Part shown: one piece after another, positions 23,078-36,685 of the stretch | Numbering within the stretch: the first letter of the stretch is position 1 | Layout of the letters: each line of letters starts with the position of its first letter | Source of the DNA: Ionaspis alba | Lineage: Eukaryota | Direction of reading: 5' to 3' | NCBI GenBank assembly: GCA_964255285.1 | Contig: CAXUUL010000054.1 | Span: forward strand, 1 to 44,254 | DNA length: 44,254 bases | Program-made: the position numbers and the translations under genes | Notes under the pieces: generated by a model | Told to the model about the DNA's origin: nothing | Databases searched by the model: none | Seen by the model: the letters and a program-made list of their open reading frames with translations, nothing else

Positions 23078-25282
23078 ATGAGCTCGCCTCAGAGCGACGC
23101 TCCTGACTCAAACTCAGGGTCCTCTACGGATGCCGGCATGGCTTCTGTTGGGGACTCTGTCCAGACGGCGGACTTCGCTCATCAGCAATCGCTGTCACCT
23201 CCACCCTTGCGAATATCGACAGCCCGCTCCTCTTCCGACACACCAGTAACTTCCAGCATGACTGCCTCCTCTACGCCTCTCGGTACTCTCAACGCAGCCC
23301 GAAGACCGGGTCCTCCTTCCGTTCGATCAAGCGTAGGAGGTGGAGGTTTACCACAAGACATGCAGGCAAAGATGAAGGCATTCCACCTATCGAGACAAGG
23401 CGCCCCACCTGGTCAGAACGCTCGAACAACTCCAGGCGCCCCACAACCAAGTGCTGGCGCTCCTATACCAAATGGTGCTATTGGAGGAGGATTGAAGATG
23501 GGAGGGAGCATGGCATCGGGTCCAGTGGGTGGACCTATTGCGGGTGGCCCGGCTGGTTTCCGGTTACCACCAAATGTACGACCACAATTCCCTAATGTCA
23601 GCTCTGCCCCAGTCATACCAAATACCTCATCGATGAGTCCGAAAATGGGGTTGGCTGCAAAAAGAGGTTTGAATAGGGGGATGAAGTTGACGGATGCCAT
23701 GNNNNNNNNNNNNNNNNNNNNNNNNNNNNNNNNNNNNNNNNNNNNNNNNNNNNNNNNNNNNNNNNNNNNNNNNNNNNNNNNNNNNNNNNNNNNNNNNNNN
23801 NGACAAACCAAAGAAACCAGAGACTGCCTTCAGCAAGTATTCCGAATTCGTCGACACTGCCACGGGCACGTTGAATTTCAAGGGCAAGGCTACAATACAC
23901 GGACAAGGCATCGATTTCTCCAGCGGGACCAGCTTCAACATATCATTAGACGAAGTCGACACCCTCGAAGAGCTAGGCAAAGGCAACTACGGGACCGTCT
24001 ACCAAGTCCGACACAGCCGACCACGAATGCGACGACCTGGTCTCGGTCTCAAAGGCAATGTCGCTCCGTCCCTGCCCACAACCACCTCTTCATCTTCTTC
24101 CTCCACCATAACCTCACCAACCACCCCTCTCCTCCCCGAGTCTCCCGAAAGTCTCTCTCGCACCAACACCGGCGGCTCCGGCAAAACCACCGGCCTCGTA
24201 ATGGCAATGAAAGAAATCCGCCTCGAGCTAGATGAGGCCAAATTCGCCGCCATCATTATGGAACTCGACATCCTCCACCGGTGCGTCTCGCCCTTCATTG
24301 TCGACTTCTATGGTGCGTTCTTCCAAGAAGGCGCCGTCTACATCTGCATGGAGTTTATGGACGGCGGCTCCATTGACAAGTTGTACGGTGATGGCATCCC
24401 TGAAAACGTCTTGCGGAAGATCACACTCTCGACGGTCATGGGTCTCAAGTCCCTGAAAGATGAACACAACATCATCCATCGGGACGTCAAACCCACGAAT
24501 ATACTAGTGAATAGCAGAGGCCAGGTCAAGATTTGCGATTTCGGCGTCAGCGGGAATCTGGTCGCTAGTATCGCAAAGACCAATATCGGCTGCCAGTCTT
24601 ACATGGCGCCCGAGCGAATCGCCAGTGGCGGCGTTGCCCAAGCAGGTGCAAACCCAGGCGGTGGGACATATAGCGTGCAGAGCGATATCTGGTCGCTGGG
24701 TCTCAGCATCATTGAGTGTGCCATGGGTCGGTATCCGTACCCTCCCGAGACTTACAACAACATCTTTAGCCAGTTGAGCGTGAGTTCCCTCCCTTTCTCT
24801 TCCACCCTCCACGCAAAGCGTGTATGCTATATCAAGCGCGACACTAATTATATCCATGGGAACAGGCAATCGTCGACGGCGACCCCCCCGACCTCCCCTC
24901 CACCGGTTTCTCCGACCCAGCACGCGAATTCGTCCGCTCCTGCCTGCACAAAATCCCTAAACAACGCCCTACCTACGCCATGCTCATCCGGCACCAATGG
25001 CTTTCGCCCTTGCTCAAACCCCCCACCATCTCGGAAGAAGAAGACGAGGATGAAGAGCAGGAGTCGACGCACGAGGGGGATGCGAGCAATGTGGTCCGTG
25101 GTGTGCATACGGCTGATAAGGAGGTTGCGGCTTGGGCGTTACAGGCCATGGAGAGGAGGAGGTTGGGGAAGATGGGGAAGAGTGAGAAGCCGGCGCTGCA
25201 TGCGGTTAGTTTGGATCGGGTGGGGAGTCCGGAGAAGGAGGGGGTGAAGAGTGATGGGTGGGTTGCTGCTGGCAGTGACTGA
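23078..25282 (+). CDS. PBS2: HOG-pathway MAP kinase kinase Pbs2
   Basis: LEELGKGNYGTV, MAMKEIRLELDE, IIHRDVKPTN, DFGVSGNLVASIAKTNIGCQSYMAPERI; intron 24780-24865. The apparent frameshift is caused by the 100-N gap at 23702-23801. Confidence 0.95.
23702..23801. other. Scaffold gap (100 N placeholder) inside PBS2 N-terminal region
   Basis: Run of 100 N with coding frames offset by 1 across it. Confidence 0.95.
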
Positions 25283-26252
25283 GGATGGGAGGGAGAGGCA
25301 GCGTTTGTGATCGTGGTGGTGAGAAGGCCTGAAGAGAGTATGAGGGGAGCGATGGGTATGGGTGGTTGAGAGCGAGGAGAAGGGGAAATTCAATAAGCGG
25401 TACATAGATGCATTTTCTGACCGGGGCTTGAGCGTGGTGTGTTGGTGGGGGGTTCCGCTTTCATTATTTTTTGAGAGAAGGTTGTGGATCACAGGACACA
25501 ATTCAGACGCGAGTGAGGTGGATTTAATGGATGGATGGATGTAATTCGTGTTCCTCATCCTATATGCAAGCGTGTGGTTTTTGAGATTATCGAAGGATTC
25601 TTTGTTGTTCGCTGCTTCCCGTGACGGCTTCTTGTCATGTGGGTATTGATTATATTGAGAGATGAGGGAGAAAAAATGTTGCCGTTTGGGAAGAGGTAGT
25701 GGCAACTTGGTCAGTTGAATGTTGGAAGTGCCTTGAGCCGTTTCTAGGCTCAGTTTAGTGTGAAGAATTGGTGTCACTCTAGGCATCGGTCTCATCATAT
25801 AAAGTCTTGCAGCTCCGCATTCGAGGCACTCCCGCATTAACAAGATATGCGATACCATGAATGATCACTTTCGAGTAGGAGGACTCATGAGACGAATGGC
25901 ATACAAGACTATCTAAGAGTACCTAGCATGAGTAGGCTAACCAGAACATCAGAAAGAATTCAATGCCCAAAGTCTACCAAAGGTTCATGTGTGCAGTAGT
26001 GTTACTCCTGAAGTCAAGCAGCAAGTGAGTGACAGTCCCGCGTGGGATAAGTATCCGAAAATCAAAGACAAAGCACGCAGGTCTTTTTTGAGAATCTGAC
26101 AATGCATGCATAACACGAACCGAAAATCAAACCTCATAAGACATTATCATCAGAGCATGCGTGGTCGTTGAAGGTCCTTATCCCATCCAGAGAAGGCACG
26201 GAGAGTTTCACAACGAGAACCAGATAGCCGTTTCAACCGTGCTGGAGAAAGA

Positions 26253-29200
26253 CTAGACGTAGAACATGGTCTCCTGCAGGTCAGCGTGGACACCAGCGGA
26301 CCACGGTGCGGTAGACCAGACGAAGGGCGCTTGGTCCCCGGGAGGTGGCGCAAGTGCATCCGAGAGGTATGCACGTCCACGTTCGCAAAGTTTGTCGGCA
26401 TAGTAAGCCGGCGGACAGATGGACACGGCTTTAGTGGCACGACCGTAGAGGTAGCACAAGTTGTGAGTCTATATAGAAAGGGTTAATAAGTAGAGGTGAA
26501 GAAAGAGGCTGTATTATCCCAGAACAACTTACAATGTGCTCGAAGCTGTCAGCCGTGAATCCAATCTTGTCCTTGATGATAGTGTAATGAGCAGGACGTG
26601 CCGTGCCTTGCAGGCCGTGATGAGCTTGGATATAGACGTCCCATTGCCTCTCGCTGGTGATGCCACGGTCAACCACAAGTCCATTCTTAGGATTGCCGTT
26701 TATTTTTGGACGTTGACCATGAGTCGTATTTGTATCCGCATCCCGAGTAGGAAAGAAACGCGTGTGGTGTCGTTTGCCAACAATCGCAATGGTGATCTTT
26801 GGTTTGACCGCACCCTTAGGATAGGTTCTGTTGACAGCACTGTCGAGTGCTGGTGCTTCCTCTTCGAGCACGGTTTTGAATTGTCCCTCTGATACTCCAT
26901 CCCGATAGACCAGAATATTCAGAGGCAGATTATTCTGGTTGTATTTTTGCCAAACACGGAGTCGCTCAATGATCATGTCTGCTAACGCGCTGACCATCTC
27001 CTTTCGGCTTTCCTGGGCACGAATGCTCGCCGGCCATTGTGCACAATCTTTATTGATGCTTGCCACTACACCGGCGATGCTGGGGGCACCCTCACGACTG
27101 CCGGGAGACGGATGAGTGACATCTATGCCAACAACCATTGTCTTTCCCTGAGCGAGCATGCCCATATCATTAGCCGGTAATAAATGGTTGATCCCACCTC
27201 GCTTTAGGTTGAACTTCATAGCAACATTTGCCATGTATGATTCCCCGCCCTTGGTCATCTTGGCCGGTACAGAACACACAGTATGGAGACCATGCTTGGT
27301 ATCTCCATATACCTTCAGCCTCTCGTAGAGAACGCTATGCTGCTCTGGAAGCACAATCCAGACCATTTTGATACCCTGCTTGCGCAGAGCTGCAAATTTC
27401 AAGTCAAAGAACCTTGCAAGGTTGCCTTTGTCAGGATCGCCCTTTGGCGGTCTTTGGACTTGTAAGATGCCTTCACTCTGTCTTGGACGCTCCACGGTAG
27501 ATCCTGATTTCCTCATCATTTCTTGCAACATTTGCACATAGTTCTCGAGTCTCCCCTCGAGAGGATCCCTCTCTCCCCCCCACTTAATTTGAAAGTAGGT
27601 CCAGTTGTTGATGATGGCTCCTTTGCTGAATCTGAGGCTGGCTATGTTCCATGAGCCTTTCGAAATCATGGCCTTCTGCCTACCGGCATATTCGACGGAA
27701 GGGGAAGGAAGAATTCGTCCAGGGACTGTCAACATTTCGGGGACAATGTTGAATCCAAACATAGCCTGAATATTCCGGATCAGTATACCCATGCAGCTAC
27801 ACTGTTCCCAAATGTTTTGTCAACTTACAGGACCATCCTGTTGCGAGGCCCCTAGCCCGAGAAGCCGAGCACCTTCACCAACAATGTATTCTCCATTCGT
27901 ACGTGGATCGCGTGCTGCAAATTTGATCATCTCCCCCGTCTGCTCCCCGTTCAGCTTCTTCCGGGCCGGCTGCCCGGGAAGCACTTCGCAGAGCTCGGCG
28001 GGCATGAGTGTCGGATGCTCGGCGTTTCCAACATTGACTAGAGGGGCCTTGCTGGCCTTGAGCGTGATCCCGTACTCTACTGCCTGATTAGCCAAGTACA
28101 TGCAGGGAAGGAAATGTCACATATATGTTTCGTACTTTTCTTAAAGTATGTCGACACAGTAATCTTCTTACTCTTGTCAATTTCTTCGCAAAAGAACTCG
28201 TGGTTATCAGCACACTCGCCGCCCTTTGCAGTCCCGAAGATGGTTTTCTGCACCCTGGGTAGCTTCGTGTCCTTCGGCAAATGAGTCAGCTTCACCCGAA
28301 CACCCTTCAGGAATTTTCCAACAGCCGCAACTGAGGTGCCGTTGCTGTCTCTGAAGTGTGTCATAACTTGAAGCAACGGTCCAGGTTCATAGAATGCCGC
28401 CGTCACAGCATTCACGTTAAGAACCAGCCTCGCTGTTGCCAGTCTAACACTGGAGAAGTAACCTCGGAGAGCAACTACACAAGACTCACATCAGTCTTTG
28501 CCTGGGAGCATCTCCGGAGGTCGTAGGCGATACTTACTCAGACCACCCCTTATATCACCCATGAAAGCGTCCACTGGAAAGAATCTTGTGTTCCTCGTAG
28601 CAGATGTTACAGTGTCAGAACTTGCTGGCTTGCGTGCCATAACAATGTTCAGTACCTGGAGAACATCATCTCTGTTGTCGTAGACCATCTCGCTATCTTT
28701 TGAGTGGATGTAGTCCATGAGCTGTTGCACATTTGCAACACTCTTAAATGAGATACGAAAGATGTACTTGTCGGGGTTGTTCGGTTTTGGACCTGGTTGG
28801 TCGGCTTCATGGTATACCACGGTTTCTTCCTTATGCTCGTCGTCTTTCATGGCCAAACGCTTGACAGTGACAAGGTTTGATCGGTAGTCGGTCGCAATCG
28901 CGGGACGAATATCATCGAGTAGGGGACATCCATCGAGAAACATTTGGAATGCACGTTTCAGCTTGCGGGCTGCAATCGTACCAATGGCTTTGCCTTTGGA
29001 GTCCAGGACTGTAATATCATACCAGTAAAGCTGCAGGTCTGCTTTTGGTAGGATCTCAAAGAAGTTCGTTCGAAGGATGATCGGCGTACCCTTAGTGCCA
29101 TAGCCTGGTCGACGCGCGATATTGACAGAACCATTGATACTCAGAGCCGATACTGACGGACCTTTCGAACTCACGATCAACGCATCCTCAGCTTTCGCGA

Positions 29201-29521
29201 CCGCGGGGGACGGGGCCGGTAAGGGTTCTCCAGTACTACATAAGAGTGGTTAGATTCTGCAAAAACATGCAAAGAGTCTCCGGGTTGATACCAGAAGATG
29301 TGGTCAGGAGTACCGGGGAAACGAGATGGTCGAGCCTGTTGTTGCTGCTGGCGCCCAAATTGCTGGCCCCTGTCTTGTTGACGGTCATCACGTGGTGCTT
29401 GACCTCCTCCTCTACCTGGAGTCCAGTTCCCTCCACCACCACCTTTTTTACCTTGACCGCCACCTTTCCCTCCAACCCCTCTACCGCCACCTCTACCGCC
29501 ACCTTTACCAAGGGTACTCAT
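26253..29521 (-). CDS. Argonaute (QDE-2-like), N-PAZ-MID-PIWI
   Basis: Six exons (29521-29292, 29235-28538, 28474-28136, 28076-27829, 27765-26533, 26468-26253). RPGYGTKG..LRTNFF, ALRGYFSSVR, PAELCEVLPGQ, GIDVTHPS, YRDGVSEGQF, GKRHHTRFF, QGTARPAHY, CPPAYYADKLCER, terminal MFYV*. Confidence 0.95.
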
Positions 29522-29940
29522 GGTTGGAGAACGTGTGACAGCAGTGAATGGGTCAGTGAGGTCTCCCCAAAGCAGGACCGTAGTCCTCGTCAAACAAGGA
29601 TACTCTTAATTGCAACGTAACACACGGTGAGTGAAGCTCAGAGCTGGGCGAAGCAATTCAAGCTCCACACAAGCTGAGGTACATGTAATTGCCTTGAGTG
29701 TTGACTAGACAATGCAAGATAACCAAGTAGACTATCGATGCAAGATAAAGTAAGAAGCTTGTATGAATACTCAAGATTGAGTCAAGCCAGTGAAGCTAGG
29801 TATCAACCAAAATAAATGCCACAACGCCAGGTGCACGATGTGGATGGAAGATGTTGTTGTGATGGTGGATAGAGAAGGAAGGAGAAGGAAGAGGAAGAGA
29901 GGTGGAAGTTCGAGCTTAAGTACCTCGAGAGGCAGGAACA

Positions 29941-30150
29941 ACACGCGGGTAGGTGCTTGAAGTGGGGAGGCGCGATCTGAATTCACTGCGGATGGNNNNN
30001 NNNNNNNNNNNNNNNNNNNNNNNNNNNNNNNNNNNNNNNNNNNNNNNNNNNNNNNNNNNNNNNNNNNNNNNNNNNNNNNNNNNNNNNNNNNNNNNACACG
30101 CGGGTAGGTGCTTGAAGTGGGGAGGCGCGATCTGAATTCACTGCGGATGG
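29941..30150. other. Scaffold gap with duplicated 55-bp contig overlap (assembly artefact)
   Basis: 29941-29995 is identical to 30096-30150 on either side of 100 N. Confidence 0.9.
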
Positions 30151-31443
30151 AATGGAAGGAGTGTCGGGTTGGTATGATATATGTGAATATCAGCGGAAGG
30201 TGTTGAGGTCAGAGCTATTTGGCAGGCCGTTCTACAAGGTGTGAGCTCTACGGCCAACGTGGATTGAGGGTAACCTCATCTGATTGATTGAGGCAGGCTG
30301 CCAGTGTGTTGTGCAAGACACGTGACGCTGCAAGCAGCCAATCTGTCATGTGAAGCTCAAAGATACAGCATGGAAAAGTGTTGAGGTTTGTCTCAAAGTG
30401 TTGACGTTACAAAAAGTTTTAGTCTATCAAAGTAAACAAAGTCATTTATATATAGCCGCAACGGCGTCCGGACTGTTGTTGTATGCTACGGGATTTTGTT
30501 TCATCACTATTACTTCGCGTGGTATTACATGTACTACCATTGATACCCTTCACTTTACACAGGCGAAGCTCTGTCTATTCTAAGAATAACATCCTAGCAC
30601 CTGTAACACATTCATACCTATTCTATTTCTTACCGGATCAACACAAAGATGTTGACGGGAACGCCTGATGAATTCAAACATCCAGAAACCATTCAACCAA
30701 AATTCCAATATCAACATATAGTGCATCGGGCCTTCTCTTCAAGGCAGGAATAAAGGCTTCTATGATCGGCAAATTAGTCTCCTAATACGGGTGATAGGAA
30801 AAGACGCGGAACAGTTGTTGGCAGAGTTATGTACAACTCCTATGAACGATCTTTTGCCGGGTAGTTACATGGTGTAGTGGCCGAAGACACCGTCGTAGTC
30901 GTAGCACTCAACACAGTCCTAGCCGGGGAATGGTAATTCCGGTTGGAAACTACCAGATGCAATGAAAGAAAAGGACAGGCAGTGCAACCAGACGCCAGCG
31001 ATACCTAGATTCCTCTTCAAGATAGCCGTACTATTGCCTTCTTGCGATTATGGTCCTTGTCAATTGGTCACGTAGAACAACGAGGAAGGCGAGCTGTGAC
31101 GTGGAGCACACTGCATATTCATAAGCTGATGAGGTGCCAACGTTTGAAGTTCACAATCAACTTAGAACACGGAGCACAAACAGGCAAAGCATGATCATGA
31201 AACATTGTAGGAAGAGTAAACCTTGACTTCAAGAGGCCCCTTCCAACAGCCCAGCTCAAGTGAGCACGTCCAACACTAGCGCCTCCAGGGCCAGAATCGA
31301 GCTTAGAAGCAACTCCCAAACACCTCCCAGCCCTATACAAAAAGGCTGTACAAGAAGCTTAGTTCGGCTATTAGAAGCTGTAGTAAAGAGACACAGTGCT
31401 GTACAAGACACGTTATCCATTACCACTCCCACCACAGCAGATA

Positions 31444-33019
31444 CTACCGGCTGCTCTCCATTCCCAGAATCCCACCAGTCCGGCCGTGCATCGTGACTCG
31501 TTCTCTTAAGCCTCTGAGACTATCGCTCTGCGTCAGAGAGCTAGCTGTCCTCCGCCTGTTGCTCTTGCGAACCATACTCCTAGCCTCTTTCTCCTCTTGC
31601 GCTTCTTCTCGCAGGATCTGGGCACCACCGTCTCGATGATCTTCGAGAACTTGCTCGCGGGAGCCGGCCGCTTGCTTCTCGGCTTTGCCTTTTGGAGCTA
31701 CTGGCTGCTGGTGCTCAAGAGGTATGTTGCACAAGTCCACAGAATCCCGGAGCTCGTTGGCGTAGGGTCGGTGGTTGTCTGTAGCACTGTCTGATGGTAA
31801 TGGTTGAGTAATTGTTGTATTAGAGTTCTCCTGGTCGACCTTTCTTTGTGCGGCATTTCGAGAGCGCTCGTAGCGTGATGATACATCCCCGCCTGTCCAT
31901 ACCGTACCCAGGAGTCGGTCCCAGAAGGTGAAGAACGGCTGTGAGAAGTTTGTCTGTTTCGTTGTTAGTAATGCAAATCACTTAATGACCAAGCTTAAGT
32001 TTACCTTGATTCCCCAGCTTTGATGATGCACATCGTGGTAGCCGGCATTATTTGACGTCAGGTGCTGCAGGGGATCCCATGGCAAAGCATAACCACAATG
32101 ATCATCAACGGTTTTGAACGTGGAGCATGTGAAGAACCACATGCCTTGGCGTGTGCTCATACCGGCGGCCTTGAAAGCAATACTGGCACCAAGTGTGTCT
32201 AAGAGGAAGCCTTCCAAAGGGTGATTGTATAGAGCTCCAAAGGCGTATGGAACGTAGAGTCGATGATGGCGGGAATGGATAGTCGCTGCTACTTTTTAGT
32301 ATATAATTGGTACATAGAAGCAGTGTTTGCTTACTGTATAGCCATTTGTTCATGTGCATGGCGCGGTGAAGGAAGTATTGCCAGGTATCCACAATGAAGA
32401 TGGCTAGTCCGAACTGAAGAGCGGGAACGATGTACCAGTACATTGCCTTTGCCGCATATATCTCCCATGTAGCGAAGTTTGCGATCATCGTCTCATGTCC
32501 ATCGGTGATCTGGACCATCTGGGTCAGAGAGGGGTATAACCCGCCGGAGATAGCTCCAGCAACGGTTGGGTATGATCCAGCAATGTTTTTAGCGAGCTCG
32601 TTGGCGTTGACGCTGACTAGAGACAGCAGCCCTGGCAGCACTCTTTGCATGATCCGGATCCTCCTTGCCCATACAGCCACATCATATTCTTCTTTGCCAA
32701 AGAAATCATCTGGCTCCGTCATTCCCAGCAAGGTCCCGACCACTGTTTGTACCACTTGCTGGATAAGAACATCCCTGACGACCTCCCATCTGGACACATG
32801 ATTTCTCTTCAATACTTCTGCTGGTGTATGTAACCTGTATTTGGAGAAGTAATCCTTAACGTCGATCCAATGGAAGAACATAGACAAACCCCAGTAGGCA
32901 GCAATTGGGAGTAGGAGGGTGAAAAGCTTGTCAGGAATAGGGGCGACCAGCGGCGGTAGAGGAGTAAGATGATATTCCGGGAGAGGAGGAAGATCGTATA
33001 CGCTGGTAAGAATTGCCAT
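31444..33019 (-). CDS. SUR2: Sphinganine C4-hydroxylase (fatty-acid hydroxylase superfamily)
   Basis: Exons 33019-32335, 32285-32005, 31953-31444. His boxes HRAMH, HSRHHRLYVPYAFGALYNHP, DDHCGY, YHDVHHQSWGIK|TNFSQPFFTFWD. Confidence 0.95.
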
Positions 33020-33568
33020 GTTAGGAAAAGGTCTCAACTGGCGCTGAAATCTGTAGATTGTCCGTGGCCCCTTGTTGCCGCCAGTAGCTGTAAAGATTTC
33101 AAGGGGCCGCTTCCAGCAGCACAGTTGCCGAAGATCGCGTACAATAGGATATCGTAGAGGTCAAAGACTGCAAAGGGAATAAAAAAAAAGGAGTGACAGC
33201 TTCTGCAATACCGGTAAGAAGTTGAACAGTCTTTCGGATGTCAACGGGAGATTAGTCCGGAAGTCGAATTATTGTATGAGAGGCTGAGTATCTGCAGGCT
33301 CATCGCGTCAGCAATCGCCACCCGCAGATTGTTCCGAGGAGGCGGCGCCGGATGTTCCGCTTTCATGCTATTATGAATAAGGCTTAGTCTAAATCATGGC
33401 CCCACCATTCTCGATTCCAATTGCCAATGAACATTTTTCGTCTTCATCCGTACTTTGACACTCGCGCTCGACCTTTTGAATTCAGAAGCGCATGCAGCTC
33501 TGTGCTTGATCGATTGCTCGTTGTATCTGCGCATATTTGCACTCCTTTAGAAGACCACAATCTCCATT

Positions 33569-34444
33569 ATGATCATCTACAAGGTAAGCAATATACACGG
33601 TGTACCCCTCCTTCAGATCAGTTCAAGGCTGGAAGCATTTCGAACATGACGCCTACAGTCCATAAGCTCTCTGAAACAGAATCTCCAATAGACCTGACCC
33701 TAGTACTGTCATATAGGATATCGTCAGTGGGGATGAGATCATCTCAGACACCTGGAATCTGATAGAGAAGGACGATGCAGTCTATGAGATCGACTGCAAG
33801 AAGGTCACCAAAGGGACGGATAAAGTTGGTCAGTTGAAATCTACTCCTCTAATCCCATATTAACCCCATCCACCCCATCCAACTAAGCTCAATATTTGTG
33901 GAGGCTGACATGTTGTGCAACCTCCCAGACATTGGAGCAAATCCATCGGCAGAAGAGGCGGAAGAGGGATTGGATGAGACTAGCACACAAGTTATCGACG
34001 TTATAGACGCCTTCCGTATGAATTTCCTTGGTGACGAAGCATCGGGCACTCGTTTGTTCGGTACCAAGAAGGATTATATGGGTCAATTGAAGAGTTTGTC
34101 CTCGGGTCTTGTTGGAGTGGTTTATGATACTGATTTGAAACAGCTTACATGAAGAAGGTCGTGGAGAAGCTTAAAGAGAGCGGCGCCGATGAAGCCACGG
34201 TCAAGAAGTTCCAGACCGGGGCCCAAAACTACTACACCAAGACGATCGCACCAAATTTCAAGGACTATGACTTCTACGTGGGCGAGTCCATGGATACGGA
34301 CGGAATGTATGATGTACCCAACACTCGGTCCTGGTAAGCGGATACTGATCCAGTGATAGGGTTGTCCTCCTCAACTACCGCGAAGATGGCATCACACCAT
34401 ATGTGACGATCTGGAAGTATGGGTTGACGGAGATGAAGGTTTAG
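33569..34444 (+). CDS. TMA19: Translationally controlled tumor protein (TCTP) homolog
   Basis: Five exons reading [71 protein letters not shown]. Confidence 0.95.
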
Positions 34445-35667
34445 TGGATGAAATAGATATGGCTGGGTATAGGATCTTCGTGTGTGCATTTATGATGTGT
34501 TCGCTGATAGGTCTCTCGTGGGATCATTACAAAAGAACACATGTTTTCTTGAATCTAGATACCAGTTGATGCTCGATAGGTGTATATCGTGAAGTGTGAT
34601 CTGAGATTGTGTAAATCTGCGTGAAGGTTAACCTAACAATATGAAGAATGAATGCACCAGGTATACGGCGCTGTAAGACTGCATGTCTAGTTCTCGTGGA
34701 GGAGACGATATAAAATTCAGGCAATTTCGACAATCCAGGCGTTATCTTAGTACTCCATATCCGCCTGAGTACTTTGACCTCCTATCTAGTCAATGTTTAC
34801 AAGCAATGCGGGGAAGATTGATGAAATTTACCTCTGCCGCGACGACGAAGACAAGAAAGCAGAGTGATGAAGTTGTCGTCCTTCCACTCCAACACTCCTC
34901 GTCATGAAGCGAGGCAAAGTCTCCAGGTATTCTAAGAGTTTGATTGGCACCTCTCGAGCTCGGAAAAGTGATAGTGACACAAAGGATGACCGCTTCGCTC
35001 GGTAAACGCCCAAAGGAAAAAAAGCCGTCTCTGCTCTCACCATCGATCGGATCACTGTCCTGAAGGCTGTATGTGCAACCTCTTAGCAATTGCATCATGC
35101 ACGAGGTGGTAAGACAAGAAGATAGTACAGGCTGCGTGCTCTCACAGAACACAAGGATATAGCACGACATGAAGGTGCAGAATACCTTGCACGAAAATCA
35201 TGCACCACTCGTGCAGCATCGGTTCCACGAACTCCCCTCACTAATAGTCAGCAACGGACGCATATTACAGAGTACTCAATCCAATCAATTTCGAATTTCC
35301 TCCCACGAAATGAAGTGGCTTCCCTCCTCTCCGCTTCCAGCAAAGGCCATCCTGACCTATCGTGCCCAGCCCAGGAAAGGGGACCTGATTTGACGTTCCT
35401 TTCCCCCCGAAACGAGTGCCGAATGGTTGGCTCGCACAATGGACAGGGGCGCAAGGTCCACCCGATCGCTCCGGTCTTCTGCATCCAGCTCAGGCACGAA
35501 TCCCGGCCTTCCCGCCAAAAGAAAGCAGGGAAGCCGTGGGGAGCCATTGTCATCTTCGACGTAGTGGGTATTTCTTTTTGCTGGGTTGGTTGTTCTATTG
35601 GGAAATTGGATGTTTTATCAAATTAATACTGCCTGGTGCAAAGTGCAACGCGCGCGCGAAGCACGAA

Positions 35668-35706
35668 GATAATCATGATGATGGTGATGATGATGATGAT
35701 GATGAT
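35668..35706 (+). repeat. Imperfect (GAT)n microsatellite
   Basis: GAT AAT CAT GAT GAT GGT followed by (GAT)7. Confidence 0.85.
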
Positions 35707-35807
35707 CACCGCTGCAGGCAGTGTACGACTCAACTTCCCCAATTGGGTCAAAGGAGAGCAACCTGTTTCTGCGGAAGTGGCGCCGGATCTGGTTCCTGTT
35801 TTCTTCG

Positions 35808-36017
35808 TTCTTGGCTCCGTTGTCCTGCGCTGCAACGTGTGTTTTGGTATTTAGACTTTCCGNNNNNNNNNNNNNNNNNNNNNNNNNNNNNNNNNNNNNN
35901 NNNNNNNNNNNNNNNNNNNNNNNNNNNNNNNNNNNNNNNNNNNNNNNNNNNNNNNNNNNNNNTTCTTGGCTCCGTTGTCCTGCGCTGCAACGTGTGTTTT
36001 GGTATTTAGACTTTCCG
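35808..36017. other. Scaffold gap with duplicated 55-bp contig overlap (assembly artefact)
   Basis: 35808-35862 is identical to 35963-36017 on either side of 100 N. Confidence 0.9.
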
Positions 36018-36155
36018 GTGAGATTAGCAGCTTTCTCCCATTCGGCGATTCGCTGCTGGAAGTTAACGCATTCGGGGTCCCTGGTGGGTTGCCAGGGCGC
36101 CGTTTTCGTGTGATCGATGGGCGCTGGTACGCTACCACGTCTAAGATGTACGAGT

Positions 36156-36175
36156 CCAGCCAGCCAGCCAGCCAG
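36156..36175 (+). repeat. (CCAG)5 microsatellite
   Basis: Five tandem CCAG units read directly. Confidence 0.85.
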
Positions 36176-36685
36176 CTATTTGTGTCTCTTCTGCAATTAT
36201 TGGTACCAATGGATGCTTTCTGCATCGAGCGAGTGATTGACGTGCATTGCCACTTTTCCTGCTTACGGATGTGTATTTGATCAACAGCGTCGCCGCGTGC
36301 TTTTCTTTACATTGAGTGTTTTGTGAAGCGTTGTGAGAGGTGGGCGCTGTTCTTTGTGCATAAGCTCTGTGTCAACTCCTTCTGCGCCATTCAAGGAAAT
36401 TGGACGTGTCGAACTTTGCCTTTCAATACATTGAGCCATCTCCTGTGCTTATGACTGTCGATTCCGAGGAGAACGGTGGTGCACGACTTGAGCGTGTCCA
36501 ATCAAAGCGAGGGCTTGCTTGGGAGGTCGTGCTACAGCAGGAGCGATCCCCTCCGCAGAACACAGGCTCTTCCACTTGGGGAAATTCTCTCTTAATCTCT
36601 TTTCTTTCATTGAGGAGGTATATACAAATTTTGGGACTCCGCGCCTTGACCGTGACGGGGCGATTAAGTGGATATAATCAATGTC

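Noticed and set aside
23057..25247. Apparent frameshift or two overlapping ORFs in PBS2
   Set aside because: Caused by the arbitrary 100-N gap length and an unspliced intron; not programmed frameshifting.
25139..25858. 239-aa minus-strand ORF overlapping the PBS2 3' end
   Set aside because: Low-complexity antisense reading of a purine-rich tail and UTR; no family features.
29941..30150. 55-bp perfect direct repeat upstream of Argonaute, resembling an LTR or target duplication
   Set aside because: The copies abut a 100-N gap exactly, and the same 55-bp pattern recurs at another gap. This fits a k-mer overlap left by scaffolding.
35636..35854. Poly-Met, poly-Asp and poly-Ile ORFs
   Set aside because: Translations of the (GAT)n microsatellite in different frames.
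35808..36017. Second 55-bp direct repeat and ORFs spanning it
   Set aside because: Same gap-overlap artefact; the ORFs read through Ns.
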